The notes below the pieces were generated by a model. That model ran no database searches and was not told where the DNA came from. It saw nothing but the letters and a program-made list of their open reading frames with translations. This document shows positions 26,467-36,751 of a stretch of 64,000 nt of DNA, piece after piece. The position numbers were made by a program, and so were the translations under genes. The stretch is from Acidobacteriota bacterium (GTDB lineage Bacteria > Acidobacteriota > Blastocatellia > RBC074), in assembly GCA_016196035.1 (NCBI GenBank), contig JACPYM010000099.1, positions 869 to 64,868 on the forward strand, read 5' to 3'. Position 1 is the stretch's first letter; each line of letters opens with the position of its first letter.

Positions 26467-29400
26467 TTAGTTGCAAGCCGGGGTCAGCACCGGAACCACA
26501 ATGCTCGACGCCGAAGTGAGCGTCAGCTTATGCAAGTTGTGACCCTGGTTGAAGGCACCCGAATTGGAAGCCGCAGCCGTGTTGGCGTTGATGGACGCAC
26601 CGAACATTCCGATATCCGACGTAGACCAGAACTTCATCCAGCCGGTGCGACCCGCCGGAATGGCGGTATCGAGCCGCGTGATCATGCGCGGGAAGTTCTG
26701 ATTGATCAACGAACGGAATTGGCAGGTCGGAGTGCTTTGCGTGAAGCTGTACTGCACTTCTCCATCATCGAAGACACTGCCGAAGAGCGAGACAAGCGTT
26801 GCGCCACTGCGCGTGAAGTTGCCGCCCACCGCGTTGACGATCAACAACGTATTGTTCTGATCGGCCCGGCTCTGGAGGTTGTCCAAGGCCAGGATACGCG
26901 GCAACCGGTTGTAGCGCATACCGTCGAAGCTCAACGTTGCTGTGGTCGCTGTGGTGTCGGTCCCTGCCGGGAACATCATCACTGCCGCCACTGCTTCGGC
27001 ACCCAGGTTGGCCTGGTGACCCGTCGAGAACTTCACGAACTCATCACCGATTAGGCAGTTGTAGGCCATCGGCAAACCTGTGACGCGATCCACCGCCACC
27101 GCGACGACATAACCCGTTTGACCCGGATCGAAATCGGCTGCCGTAAAGGCTGCCGTTTGGTTCGGCGTCAAGCACAGGAAGATGTCCACCACGCCGCAGC
27201 TTGCGCCATCCACCAAATAGAGGTGAACGTAAGCCGTCTCGGCGCTCGAGATATTGGTGATGCTCATCCGCGTGTTTTGCGAATTCGGGTTCGCCGCATC
27301 CGAGGTGTAGATCGGATACATCAGAATCGAACCCGCCTTTTGATCACTGATCTCGGCGGTCGCCGGATAGCCTGGCACCGAGCCTGGGCCAGGATCGTTC
27401 GGCGGCGGGCCAATGATCGTGTCGAAGAACGCGCGGTTGTTCGCCAACATCAGCGTCCCCGGCGTGATGATCGAGGCGAAGCCCGAGAGCGGATTCGCTT
27501 GCACCGCTAACGTGCCCGTCTCCGGCAGACAGTTCGTCGAAGTGACGGTCGCCGTGTTGGTCACGATGATGTTCGGATGCTTCTTCGGCACGAGCGCTTG
27601 CAGGGTAATGATGACCTGCGTCGCGCGCGGCGCCGCACATTGATTGGCTGCGCCAACCACACCGATGCCAATGGTCACCGTTTGCGAACCTGCTGCGTCG
27701 GTGGCTGTGCTGACCGCCGCCGGTCCCACGCCGCCGCCGCCCACGCCTGCCGCAATCGTCACACTGTTCGGCACCAGCGTGAAGCCTTTCGGCAACAGGT
27801 CGGTCACCGTCACGCCATTCGCGTTGGACGGCCCCGCGTTGTTGACCGTCAAGGTGTAGGTCACCACTGAATTCGGAATCGCCGAAGCCGGACCGCTCTT
27901 GGCGATGCTCAGGTCGGATTGTGCCTGCACAGTCGTCGTCGCCGACGCCACAATCGGAGCACCAACCAGATTTGGCGGCGTATCTGAGTAGATGTTCGCG
28001 TTGTTGGTCAGGTTCGGCACGCACATCTGGGCATCCGTCAGAGTGCGAATCTGTTGGAAGTCCGGACACACACGCACAACGATGGTCAGCGTGCGCACGG
28101 TACCGACTGGTGTCAGCCCATCTAGCGGTGCGCCCGGAATGCTGTCCGTACCACCCGCAGCATTCCAGATCGCCTTGACCGTGCCGTTGGCATTCACCGC
28201 CGGCGTGGTCAGTGTTGCGCCAGCCGAAGCCACCGCGCTGATGAAGACCGTGCCGGTCGGCAGCGCGTCTTCAATGGTGAAGTTCAGCGCCGCACTCGGC
28301 CCTTGCGGCGAACCGGTGATGACATAAGTCAACAGGTTACCCGCGATGACCGGATCGGGGGTGTCGGTCTTCGTCGCGGTCAACGGCGACAGGAAGATGA
28401 TCGGCACCACATCGCAAATGTTGGTGTTATTTGCGGGCACCGGATCGGTGGACATCGAAGTCGCCGTCACGCAGTTTTGCGTGGCCGGAGCCGGTTGCGG
28501 CGTCAGCGAGCTTTGGCGCATACGAATGCGGAAGCGCACTGTGCCGGCCGGATTGACCGTGCCATCCGGTTTCTTGTTCGGCGGCAATTCTGCCGCTGTG
28601 CAAGTAATCGTGGACGTAGTCGCACGCGGATCAGTGATCGCATCCGCTGCTCCCACGCAGGAGAAGTTGGAAGCGCCATTGCCGTCGGGCGTCGTCTCAA
28701 TGACGATGTCCGGCACCAACGTGCCCTGATTATCGCGTTGCTTCAACGCCTGGAAGGCCGGAATCGTGTCTACCAAGTTGACCATTTGCGCAGCGGAAGT
28801 GCCGTTGTTGGTGATGGTCACCTGATATTCGAAATCCGTGCCTGCTGTGACCGGGCCGCCCAACACGCCCGCCGCGTTGGTGTGCGTCTTGGTCAAGGCC
28901 AGATCGGAGGTCGGCGCCACCGGCGTGGTCAACGTGGTGGAGCCGGAAACCGGACGATTGAAGTTGTTGATCGTCGCATCGAAAGTCGCCACGTCAACCA
29001 GATTGGCCTTGGTGGCCGGATCAATAAAGACCGTGACGTCAATCGCCGCTGTGTTGTTCGGCGTATTGGCCGACAGCAAAGGCGCTGTACACACCAACGA
29101 ACCGCCGTTCCCTTGCGGGTTATTGCTCGGGTTGACGCCCGTCGGCGCCGCGCAAGTGAAAGTCGCCCCTGACGGCAACACCGGAGTCACCGAGATGTAT
29201 TTCACACCCAGCACACGACCCGGCGGCGTTTCCAGACCGGACGGCAACACATCGGTCAGACGGATGTTCGACACATCCGATGGGCCATTGTTGGTGACCG
29301 TCAAGCGATAGGTCAGGAAGGTACCCGGCAGCACTGCCGTACCCGTTGTAACCGCACCGTTGGGCGGCGTTCCTGGACCGATCGGGCCAGTCTGGTTCGG

Positions 29401-32400
29401 GTTGCTGGCCGCCGTCACTGCCGATTGAACGATCTTGCTGACCGTCAAATTCGACGAAGAGATGACCAGCGTTTGCGTCGGCAACGTGGTGTTATTGGAG
29501 GTGTTCGGATCCGCCGTGCTAAGGCAAGCGCTCGGCGGGAAGACGGGCGGAACAGGACCCGCGTTCGGGCACAGGCCCGAGGTGATGTTCGCCGGATTCG
29601 ACACCAACGTGCCACTCGCGGTTGACTCATTGACCTTCACGAAGAAAGTCAGCGTGCCGTTATAGCCTGCTGGCAGGACGCCATCGGCATACGGGCCAGG
29701 AGCGCCCAAGCCGGTGTTGCCTTGCGGGCGGCAGTAGATGCTCTGCGTGCCCGCCGCCTGCCACACGGTGCAAGTCAGATTGACGTTCGGGCCGAGCGGC
29801 GCGAGGGTGTCAACAGCTTGAATCGTGAAGGTAAACGGTAGGACGGGCGGTTGCGCCGCCGGAACGAAGACGCCGCCGGTTGCCAGCGCGCCGACAAAGG
29901 CCGTGTTGCCCGCGATCTGATCGGTGATCAGAACGTTGATGGCATCAGACGTGCCGTTATTGCCGAAAGGTACATCGTAGCGAATGTAACCACCCGCATT
30001 GACCGAGCCTGGCGGCACGTTCGGGCCAACCACCGGTAAAGGAACGGCTACTAAGGGGCCTGCTCCGTCCGGATCAACCACCGGCACAGCAGATTTGCCG
30101 ATTGCCAAGTCAGCCTGCGTGCGAACAACAGTGCCATCGCAGGATTCGTTGTTGCCACTGGCATTTGTGAGAGCGCCAGCAGGCGCTGCCGGCGGGGCGC
30201 TCACGCCCGGGACGCCGACTGCGGGGTTAGTATTGTCGTGTTGGCCGCCACCGTTCGGATCAATTTCCGGGGTAGTGTCGGTATTGCGCAGCGTAACTTC
30301 AGCGCAGTTATAGAGGTTCGAACCGTCAACCAAATTCGAGTTCGTGTCCACCTTGATAATGATGTCAAGGTTGGCGCCCGCCGGGAAGTTCCCCGCCGCG
30401 CCCGCCGCGTTGTAGCACAGCACTAACGTTTGATTGTTGGCCGGGCCTTGATTCGCCACCGTGCGGCAGGCAAAGCCGCCCGGACCACCCGGCTGAATAA
30501 ATGGATTGGGCACGACGTTGGCCAGGAAAGTTCCCACTGGCAACAAGTCCCACACCACGATTGAACCAGGCAGGCCAGCGTCGCCTAACACATCACTTGG
30601 CCCACGATTGCCAAAGGTCAGCCGAATATCGAACCGCGTACCTGCGATCACGAAATCTGGCGCGTCCTTACGGATGAACATGTCGGATTCGTGCCGCACG
30701 GTCGTCCGCTGCGTCGAGGTCGCATTTTGCGCCACCAACGGGCCGACAACGCCATTGCTGTCAGACCAGTTGATGACTACAGTGTTGAGCAGGCCAGCCG
30801 GATCGTCCGGATTTTGCGGCAGCGCATTCGGCGGCACGCTTGGCAGCACTTTCACCACAATGGTGATGTTGGCTGACGCGCCCGCCGGCAACACACCACC
30901 CGGAATCGCATTGCAAGTCACCACGTTGCCCGCCGCCGAGCAGGAGTTAGCGGCGCTGAAAACGCCGGTTCCCACTGCCGACAGGAACTGCACCTGCGTC
31001 GTAGGCGGCAACGTGTCAACCACGCTGACTGCCTGGGCGTCAGATGGGCCATTGTTGTTGACCGTGATGGTGTAGGTCAGGTTGGTACCCGCCACAACCG
31101 GGTCAGGATTGTCCGTCTTGACGATGGTCACGGCAGAATCCGTCGCGACCGTGGTATTGACCGTGTTGGACGTGTTGTTCGCGGCCACCGGGTCGGACGT
31201 AGCCGAAGCCACAGTCGCACTGTTTGCCAGCACCGCGCTGTTCGCCACATTTGCGCCAACCTTGCCGACGATGGTGATCGTCTCGATGTTGCTGCCGGTT
31301 TGGGGCGGAATAAGCGCTGGCGGATTGACCGCTGGCGCGATCAGATTGGCGATCTTGCAAGTGACCGTGTTGTTGGCGTTCGTGCACGCTGCGTTGCCAC
31401 TGCTGCTCGCCGCCGAAACAAAAGTCACACCCGCCGGTAACGCATCCGTCACCACGACACTCTTCGCGTTCGAGGGGCCATTGTTGGTGACCGTCAGCGT
31501 GTAGGTGATGTTGTTGCCCGCAATCACGCTGGCCGGGCCGGCTTTGGTAATCGCCAGATCGGCGCTGGTGCGCACGATGTTTTGCGTTTCGTTGGAAGTG
31601 TTGTTGCCACCATTCGGGTCAGGCGTGGCCGTACCGCCGGCGTCGCCTTCCGAATTGATGGTGGCGGTATTCTTGATGACCGCCGCGTCCGGAATGTTTT
31701 CCGGCACACGCACGCGGAAGACGATCGTGCCACTCTGGCCCGCCGCCAACACGCCATTGGCCGCCGTCGGCACGCAATCAATTTGATATGTCGCTGACGG
31801 AATGTTGGCAATAATCCCAACGCTACACGTGACCGGCGTTCCGGTCGTGGTGATGTTGGGTACGGCGAAGTTTGGAATCAACAAGGTGCCCGCCGGAACC
31901 ACGTCGCGGATGTGCACATTGCGCGCATCACCCTGCCCGTTGTTGCGGAAGTTGATGGTGTAAAGAATCTCGCCCGTGCCCGTGACAAAGCCTCCGGCAT
32001 CACCCGTCGTGCCGCCCGCCGTCACCGCCGCGCCGAAAACGCCGCCAGCCAGGGTCTCCGCCGCTTTGGTCACAGCCAGATCGGCGCTGGGGCCAATCGG
32101 CGTATTCACAGTCGAAGCGTTATTGGCCGAAACCGGATCTACCGCATTCGAGCCAGCCACAATGTTCACCGTCGCGGTATTAGTAATAAAGCCGCCCGGC
32201 TGACCATTGTTGAAGTTGGCGTTGACGGTCACCGTAAATTTAATTGTCGCCGACGCCCCCGCCGACATCGCCGACGTGGCCGTACAAGGGAAGGCTGTTA
32301 GCGTATTGCAACTGAAGCCCGGCGCATTAATGACCGTGCCGGTCTTCAAAGTCGTGCCCGTTGGCGGGAAAGGCGCGTCATTAACAACGAACTCACCCGC

Positions 32401-34686
32401 ACCAATGTCGCTGGGGCCGACGTTCTTGACCGTAATCGTGTAGTTGATATCCTGACCAGCCAACACCGCATCCGGCGAATCATCTTTGGTGATTTGCAGA
32501 TCGGAGCAATGATTGACCGTCGCCGTGCTGGTCGAAGTGCCGACGGCGATCGTGCCGGTACCAGCAGTCGTGATGGTTGCCGTATTTGCCAGCGCCCCAC
32601 TCGGCGCGGTGGGTGACAGCTTGACCGTGATGTCGAGCGTGCTCTGACCGGTCGGGATGTCCACCGCCGCGCAAGTCACCGTGCCCGGCGTCCCGCCATT
32701 ATGCGAGCAGCCGTGCGCGAACGCCCCCGTGCCATTCAAGCTCAAGAACGTGGTATTGGCAGGCAGCGGATCGCTGATGGTCGCGTTGAGCGCCGTGCTG
32801 GAACCGCCATTGAGGACCGTGATGTGGTAGGTGTAGGTGTCACCCGCACAAACCGTCGCCGGGCCAGCTTTTGTAATCGAAAGCGGCGCATCCACGACAA
32901 GATTCTGCTGCACGCTGGCAGTGTTGGGCAGCACATTGGGAGTAACTTCCTGTGTACCTGACGTCACTGTGGCGGTGTTCGTGCGCACACCGCTGGCGAT
33001 GTTCGCCACAGCCTGGGCTACGATGGTAATTGTGGAAGTGGAAATTGCACCGGTAGCAATATTAGGACCGGGCAAATCGCCTGTGCAGGTGACCGTGCCA
33101 TTCGTGGCAACCGGTGGCCCCGAGCAGGTCAGTCCAAAGCCCGGGAATGACGGATTATTCACGACCGCCACATTCTGGAAGATAATCCCCGGCGGCAGCG
33201 GGTCGGTCACGACGATATTGTGCGCATCCGAGGGGCCGTTGTTGGTCACGGTCAACGTGTAGGCGAACGCCGCGCCGCCATTGGTCGGCGTGGGGTTGCT
33301 GGTGACCTTCGTGATACCCAGATCGGTCTGGGTGATGATCACGTTGGAAGTCGTCAAACTGGTGTTATTGCCCGCATTCGGATCAACCGTCGGCACGCCG
33401 CCGCTAAACGGCACCGCACCACCAATTGTCGGGTTGTTGGGGTTGGAGACGATGCGCGCCGAATTTGAAATCAGCGAGCCGGGATTGGCGTCCGGGCGAA
33501 TGCGCACACGGTAAGCCATAAAGAAACTCAAACCCGCCGGCATCACGTGCGCCGTAAAAGCCGGATTGATCGCCGTGTTCACGCCAGGTGTGCAGGTAAA
33601 GAGATTGCCGATACCGAAGTTGGCGCAAACGATATTGAAGTTGGCCGCCGACGCGGGAGCGGTGCTCACCGTATAAGGAGCAGGTACACCATTGAGAGTA
33701 GTCCCGCCACCAGTCGTAATCGGCCCCGCCACGACGAGATCCGCCGGATTGCCCGGAATCGAATCTTCAAAAACCACATCGCTGGCGTTGCCTGGGCCGT
33801 TATTGCTGAAGGTGACGACGTAAGTCACATTGCCAGTTCCGTTGGTGAATTCGTTAACGGCGTCAACGATGTTTGCCAAGGGCGCGTTGGTGCCACCCGC
33901 AGTGACGGAATTCGCTGGGTTCTGGCTCCCTGGCGGCACCGGCAACACGCGCGAAAGCTTGGTCGCGGCCAAATCCGCCGATGGCGCTACGATGTGCGTC
34001 GTGGCGTTGGAAGTAGCCGTTCCCTCCAAGCCTGCGCCATCATTATCAAATTGGTAGGTGGCTGTATTGGTTAGAACCGTGCCAATAGCCGTCGCGGGTT
34101 GCACCGTCACCTCAGCCCGGATCTTGACAAATTCCTGGGTTGTAAAAGTGTCAACGCCCGCACCAGCGCCATCGCCAGCATTGCACTGAATTGACGCGCC
34201 ACCGCCGAGGATGGTGCAGGACCAGGCGCTGCCAAACTGCGGCTGCTGCTGTATTGTGGCATTCGTAAAAAGCGTCCCGGCAGGCGCTGTATCAATAATG
34301 CGGACAAATCCGCCAGCACCAACAGTCGTGTCGCTGCTCGCGCCATTGGTGGCCTGGATGGTGTAGGCGATTACCTGCCCTTGTCCAACCGCACTGCCAG
34401 ATGCCGGGCTAGCGTCTTTAGTAATAGTGACAGGCGCAAACAGCGCCGCACTCGTCGCCATATTCGCCCCCGCCGCTGATGGCTTGGCCACCGGGCGAAT
34501 AGAAATCGGAGCTAGGGATAGGATTTTTTTCGTGACCGGGTTGGCGCTCATCCGGGTTGCTAGCGCCTGACGTGCGGCGGCAACCTGGCTCAGAGGAGCG
34601 AGAGCAAAGACCAGCCCTGCAACGATGAGGAGTGCGCTGCTAAGCAATAGCGCACGTGTCGCAGTGAATGTGTGTGTAGTTCGCAT
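26467..34686 (-). CDS. Giant secreted/surface protein (2739 aa) built from many DUF11-type conserved repeat domains; probably an adhesin.
   Basis: ATG at 34686 with AAGGAGAG RBS and signal peptide MRTTHTFTATRALLLSSALLIVAGLVFALA. The DUF11 signature recurs (YTITVKNVGPSDI, YTLTVTNNGPSNAKSVVVTD, YTITVNNNGPSDAQAVSVVD, LTVTNNGPSDVSNIRLTD, YTLTVNNAGPSNANGVTVTD). Confidence 0.85.
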   Translation of the reverse strand: MRTTHTFTATRALLLSSALLIVAGLVFALAPLSQVAAARQALATRMSANPVTKKILSLAPISIRPVAKPSAAGANMATSAALFAPVTITKDASPASGSAVGQGQVIAYTIQATNGASSDTTVGAGGFVRIIDTAPAGTLFTNATIQQQPQFGSAWSCTILGGGASIQCNAGDGAGAGVDTFTTQEFVKIRAEVTVQPATAIGTVLTNTATYQFDNDGAGLEGTATSNATTHIVAPSADLAATKLSRVLPVPPGSQNPANSVTAGGTNAPLANIVDAVNEFTNGTGNVTYVVTFSNNGPGNASDVVFEDSIPGNPADLVVAGPITTGGGTTLNGVPAPYTVSTAPASAANFNIVCANFGIGNLFTCTPGVNTAINPAFTAHVMPAGLSFFMAYRVRIRPDANPGSLISNSARIVSNPNNPTIGGAVPFSGGVPTVDPNAGNNTSLTTSNVIITQTDLGITKVTSNPTPTNGGAAFAYTLTVTNNGPSDAHNIVVTDPLPPGIIFQNVAVVNNPSFPGFGLTCSGPPVATNGTVTCTGDLPGPNIATGAISTSTITIVAQAVANIASGVRTNTATVTSGTQEVTPNVLPNTASVQQNLVVDAPLSITKAGPATVCAGDTYTYHITVLNGGSSTALNATISDPLPANTTFLSLNGTGAFAHGCSHNGGTPGTVTCAAVDIPTGQSTLDITVKLSPTAPSGALANTATITTAGTGTIAVGTSTSTATVNHCSDLQITKDDSPDAVLAGQDINYTITVKNVGPSDIGAGEFVVNDAPFPPTGTTLKTGTVINAPGFSCNTLTAFPCTATSAMSAGASATIKFTVTVNANFNNGQPGGFITNTATVNIVAGSNAVDPVSANNASTVNTPIGPSADLAVTKAAETLAGGVFGAAVTAGGTTGDAGGFVTGTGEILYTINFRNNGQGDARNVHIRDVVPAGTLLIPNFAVPNITTTGTPVTCSVGIIANIPSATYQIDCVPTAANGVLAAGQSGTIVFRVRVPENIPDAAVIKNTATINSEGDAGGTATPDPNGGNNTSNETQNIVRTSADLAITKAGPASVIAGNNITYTLTVTNNGPSNAKSVVVTDALPAGVTFVSAASSSGNAACTNANNTVTCKIANLIAPAVNPPALIPPQTGSNIETITIVGKVGANVANSAVLANSATVASATSDPVAANNTSNTVNTTVATDSAVTIVKTDNPDPVVAGTNLTYTITVNNNGPSDAQAVSVVDTLPPTTQVQFLSAVGTGVFSAANSCSAAGNVVTCNAIPGGVLPAGASANITIVVKVLPSVPPNALPQNPDDPAGLLNTVVINWSDSNGVVGPLVAQNATSTQRTTVRHESDMFIRKDAPDFVIAGTRFDIRLTFGNRGPSDVLGDAGLPGSIVVWDLLPVGTFLANVVPNPFIQPGGPGGFACRTVANQGPANNQTLVLCYNAAGAAGNFPAGANLDIIIKVDTNSNLVDGSNLYNCAEVTLRNTDTTPEIDPNGGGQHDNTNPAVGVPGVSAPPAAPAGALTNASGNNESCDGTVVRTQADLAIGKSAVPVVDPDGAGPLVAVPLPVVGPNVPPGSVNAGGYIRYDVPFGNNGTSDAINVLITDQIAGNTAFVGALATGGVFVPAAQPPVLPFTFTIQAVDTLAPLGPNVNLTCTVWQAAGTQSIYCRPQGNTGLGAPGPYADGVLPAGYNGTLTFFVKVNESTASGTLVSNPANITSGLCPNAGPVPPVFPPSACLSTADPNTSNNTTLPTQTLVISSSNLTVSKIVQSAVTAASNPNQTGPIGPGTPPNGAVTTGTAVLPGTFLTYRLTVTNNGPSDVSNIRLTDVLPSGLETPPGRVLGVKYISVTPVLPSGATFTCAAPTGVNPSNNPQGNGGSLVCTAPLLSANTPNNTAAIDVTVFIDPATKANLVDVATFDATINNFNRPVSGSTTLTTPVAPTSDLALTKTHTNAAGVLGGPVTAGTDFEYQVTITNNGTSAAQMVNLVDTIPAFQALKQRDNQGTLVPDIVIETTPDGNGASNFSCVGAADAITDPRATTSTITCTAAELPPNKKPDGTVNPAGTVRFRIRMRQSSLTPQPAPATQNCVTATSMSTDPVPANNTNICDVVPIIFLSPLTATKTDTPDPVIAGNLLTYVITGSPQGPSAALNFTIEDALPTGTVFISAVASAGATLTTPAVNANGTVKAIWNAAGGTDSIPGAPLDGLTPVGTVRTLTIVVRVCPDFQQIRTLTDAQMCVPNLTNNANIYSDTPPNLVGAPIVASATTTVQAQSDLSIAKSGPASAIPNSVVTYTLTVNNAGPSNANGVTVTDLLPKGFTLVPNSVTIAAGVGGGGVGPAAVSTATDAAGSQTVTIGIGVVGAANQCAAPRATQVIITLQALVPKKHPNIIVTNTATVTSTNCLPETGTLAVQANPLSGFASIITPGTLMLANNRAFFDTIIGPPPNDPGPGSVPGYPATAEISDQKAGSILMYPIYTSDAANPNSQNTRMSITNISSAETAYVHLYLVDGASCGVVDIFLCLTPNQTAAFTAADFDPGQTGYVVAVAVDRVTGLPMAYNCLIGDEFVKFSTGHQANLGAEAVAAVMMFPAGTDTTATTATLSFDGMRYNRLPRILALDNLQSRADQNNTLLIVNAVGGNFTRSGATLVSLFGSVFDDGEVQYSFTQSTPTCQFRSLINQNFPRMITRLDTAIPAGRTGWMKFWSTSDIGMFGASINANTAAASNSGAFNQGHNLHKLTLTSASSIVVPVLTPACN

Positions 34687-35010
34687 CGAGACTCTCCTTA
34701 GGAGTTTCAACTGTTAATGGATTGGCAAGCTGCCGCGCAACAGTTTGCCGCTGCCTATTCGATTTTCCGTACTAACAAAACTTTGTGTTTATGAGTTGGA
34801 ACCAGTGAAGTTCGGCGCTTTCACTATCGTGCCCTGGCGCTTCAAATGATCGCTGAAAAGCGCCTCCGTAGCCTTACTCGCCCACCTAATGTGAGACCAG
34901 AATGGTGAAAGTGCGGGGCCAAGATAGCACTAAGATATGATTCCGGCAAATTCTTAGTGCTCATCTCGCAACTTTTTTTGTCGCAAAACAGAATTTTTCA
35001 TTCGGCCTGC

Positions 35011-36675
35011 TTACACCACTTGTTTGCGTTCGCGCGACCCGGCAATTTTCATCTGATCGCGGTACTTGGCCACCGTGCGCCGCGAAAGTTTTTGCCCCTC
35101 GCCCGCCAGCACTGCCGCAATTTGATCGTCGGTGAGCGGACTCCGCGCGTCTTCGGCCTCGATCATCTTTTTGATTTTGAGCTTGATGATACGGGTCGAG
35201 ACCTCCTCGCCGTCGTCGTTGGTCATGCCTTCGGTAAAAAAGCGGCGCAATTCGATCACACCTTGTGGTGTGTGCGCCCACTTGCCGTTGACCACGCGCG
35301 AAACCGTCGAAAGATGCATGCCGATGTCTTCGGAAATATCCTTGAGCATCATCGGGCGGATGTATTCGACGCCCTTGTCCAGGAATTCGCGCTGGCGCTC
35401 GACGATGCGTTCGCAAACCTTATAGATCGTCTGCTTGCGATGCTCGATGTTCTTGAGCAAATCCACCGCTGAACGAAACTTGTCTTTAATATAGTCGCGC
35501 GTCTCTTTAGTGGTCTCTTTGTTTTCCAGCATCTGCCGGTATTGGCGATTGATGCGCAATTGCGGCAGCCCGTCATCGTTGAAGCGAATGACGTATTCGT
35601 TATCAATTTTTTCGATGTAAACCTCGGGCGCGATGTACTGGGTTTCGGGTGGCGCATAACGGCGGCCCGGCTTCGGTTCCAATTGGCGGATGAGCTTGAG
35701 TTCGGCCGAGACGGCTTCAACGGGCACGCCAAGTTTGCGCGCGACTTCAGGCAGCTTGTGGTTTTGCAGTTCGTGAAAATGCTCCCGGATCATGCGGCAC
35801 GCCAGCCGGTCACCATAGCCATGGGCTTTCAACTGTAACAACAAGCATTCGCGCAAATCGCGCGCCGCCACGCCGGTCGGATCGAATTGCTGAACAATTT
35901 CCAAAGCCTGTTGCAGTACTTCGTGCGACCAAGGGCCTGACGCCGCAATTTCATCGAGGGAGCCGTCAACAAAGCCATCCTCGTTCAGGTTACCAATGAT
36001 CGCTTCCGCCGCGCCGCGCACTTCGTCATTGGGCATGATCGTCAACCGCAACTGCCACATCAGGTAATCGTAAAGGCGGTCTTCGGTCTTGAGGAATTGC
36101 TCGAAGGAGGGCGTTTCTTTGACTTCGGTTTCGCGCGTGCGATAGCCGGGGTCCAGGTACTCTTCAAAGGTCGAGCCGAAATCAATCTCGTCAAAGGCGT
36201 CGCGCTGGCCAATCTCAGGCTCGTTCGTTTCAATCGCAACTTCAGGAGCGCGTTCAGCGAACGTTTCGCCCGTGGGCGCAGCACTGTCGCCGTAACTTTC
36301 AGACTCGCCGTACTCTGAGCGGGCATATTCACTGTATTCGGCAGAGGCTTCGTAACTGCTCTCGCCCTGGCGCGTATCGAATTGGGCGGCTTCATAAGCG
36401 TGTTCAGCCGCAGCGGAGGGTAACTCCCCCGTGCCATTCGCTACGCCATTAGCGGCGGCTGGCGAATCGCTAAAATCCACATTAGCCAGATCTGGTGAGA
36501 CGTACACTTCATCCGGCGCCAGTTCTTCCAGCACCGGATTTTCCACCATCTGTTGAGTGACCAGTTCGCTCAACTCAAGCTTGGTCATCTGCAACATCTC
36601 GATGCGCTGACGCAATTGCGGTGTCAGCACTAGCCGTTGCGCAAGATGAGTTGAGAGCGTCGGTTTGAATGACAT
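35011..36675 (-). CDS. rpoN: RNA polymerase sigma-54 factor.
   Basis: N-terminal activator-interaction region ([17 protein letters not shown]), an acidic region, and the C-terminal RpoN box (ARRTVAKYR). Confidence 0.95.
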   Translation of the reverse strand: MSFKPTLSTHLAQRLVLTPQLRQRIEMLQMTKLELSELVTQQMVENPVLEELAPDEVYVSPDLANVDFSDSPAAANGVANGTGELPSAAAEHAYEAAQFDTRQGESSYEASAEYSEYARSEYGESESYGDSAAPTGETFAERAPEVAIETNEPEIGQRDAFDEIDFGSTFEEYLDPGYRTRETEVKETPSFEQFLKTEDRLYDYLMWQLRLTIMPNDEVRGAAEAIIGNLNEDGFVDGSLDEIAASGPWSHEVLQQALEIVQQFDPTGVAARDLRECLLLQLKAHGYGDRLACRMIREHFHELQNHKLPEVARKLGVPVEAVSAELKLIRQLEPKPGRRYAPPETQYIAPEVYIEKIDNEYVIRFNDDGLPQLRINRQYRQMLENKETTKETRDYIKDKFRSAVDLLKNIEHRKQTIYKVCERIVERQREFLDKGVEYIRPMMLKDISEDIGMHLSTVSRVVNGKWAHTPQGVIELRRFFTEGMTNDDGEEVSTRIIKLKIKKMIEAEDARSPLTDDQIAAVLAGEGQKLSRRTVAKYRDQMKIAGSRERKQVV

Positions 36676-36680
36676 AGGAC

Positions 36681-36722
36681 GTAGTCAGTAGTCAGTAGTC
36701 AGTAGTCAGTAGTCAGTAGTCA
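36681..36722. repeat. (GTAGTCA)6 perfect heptamer tandem repeat between lptB and rpoN.
   Basis: Six identical units read directly. Confidence 0.9.
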
Positions 36723-36751
36723 GTTTCCCAACCACCAAAACGGACATCGGC

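Noticed and set aside
34711-35010. A sigma-54 (-24 GG / -12 GC) promoter upstream of the giant adhesin or of hpf.
   Set aside because: Scanning by eye found only imperfect candidates with wrong GG-GC spacing (for example tggcgactgttgca, 10 nt instead of 12). Nothing convincing enough to report.
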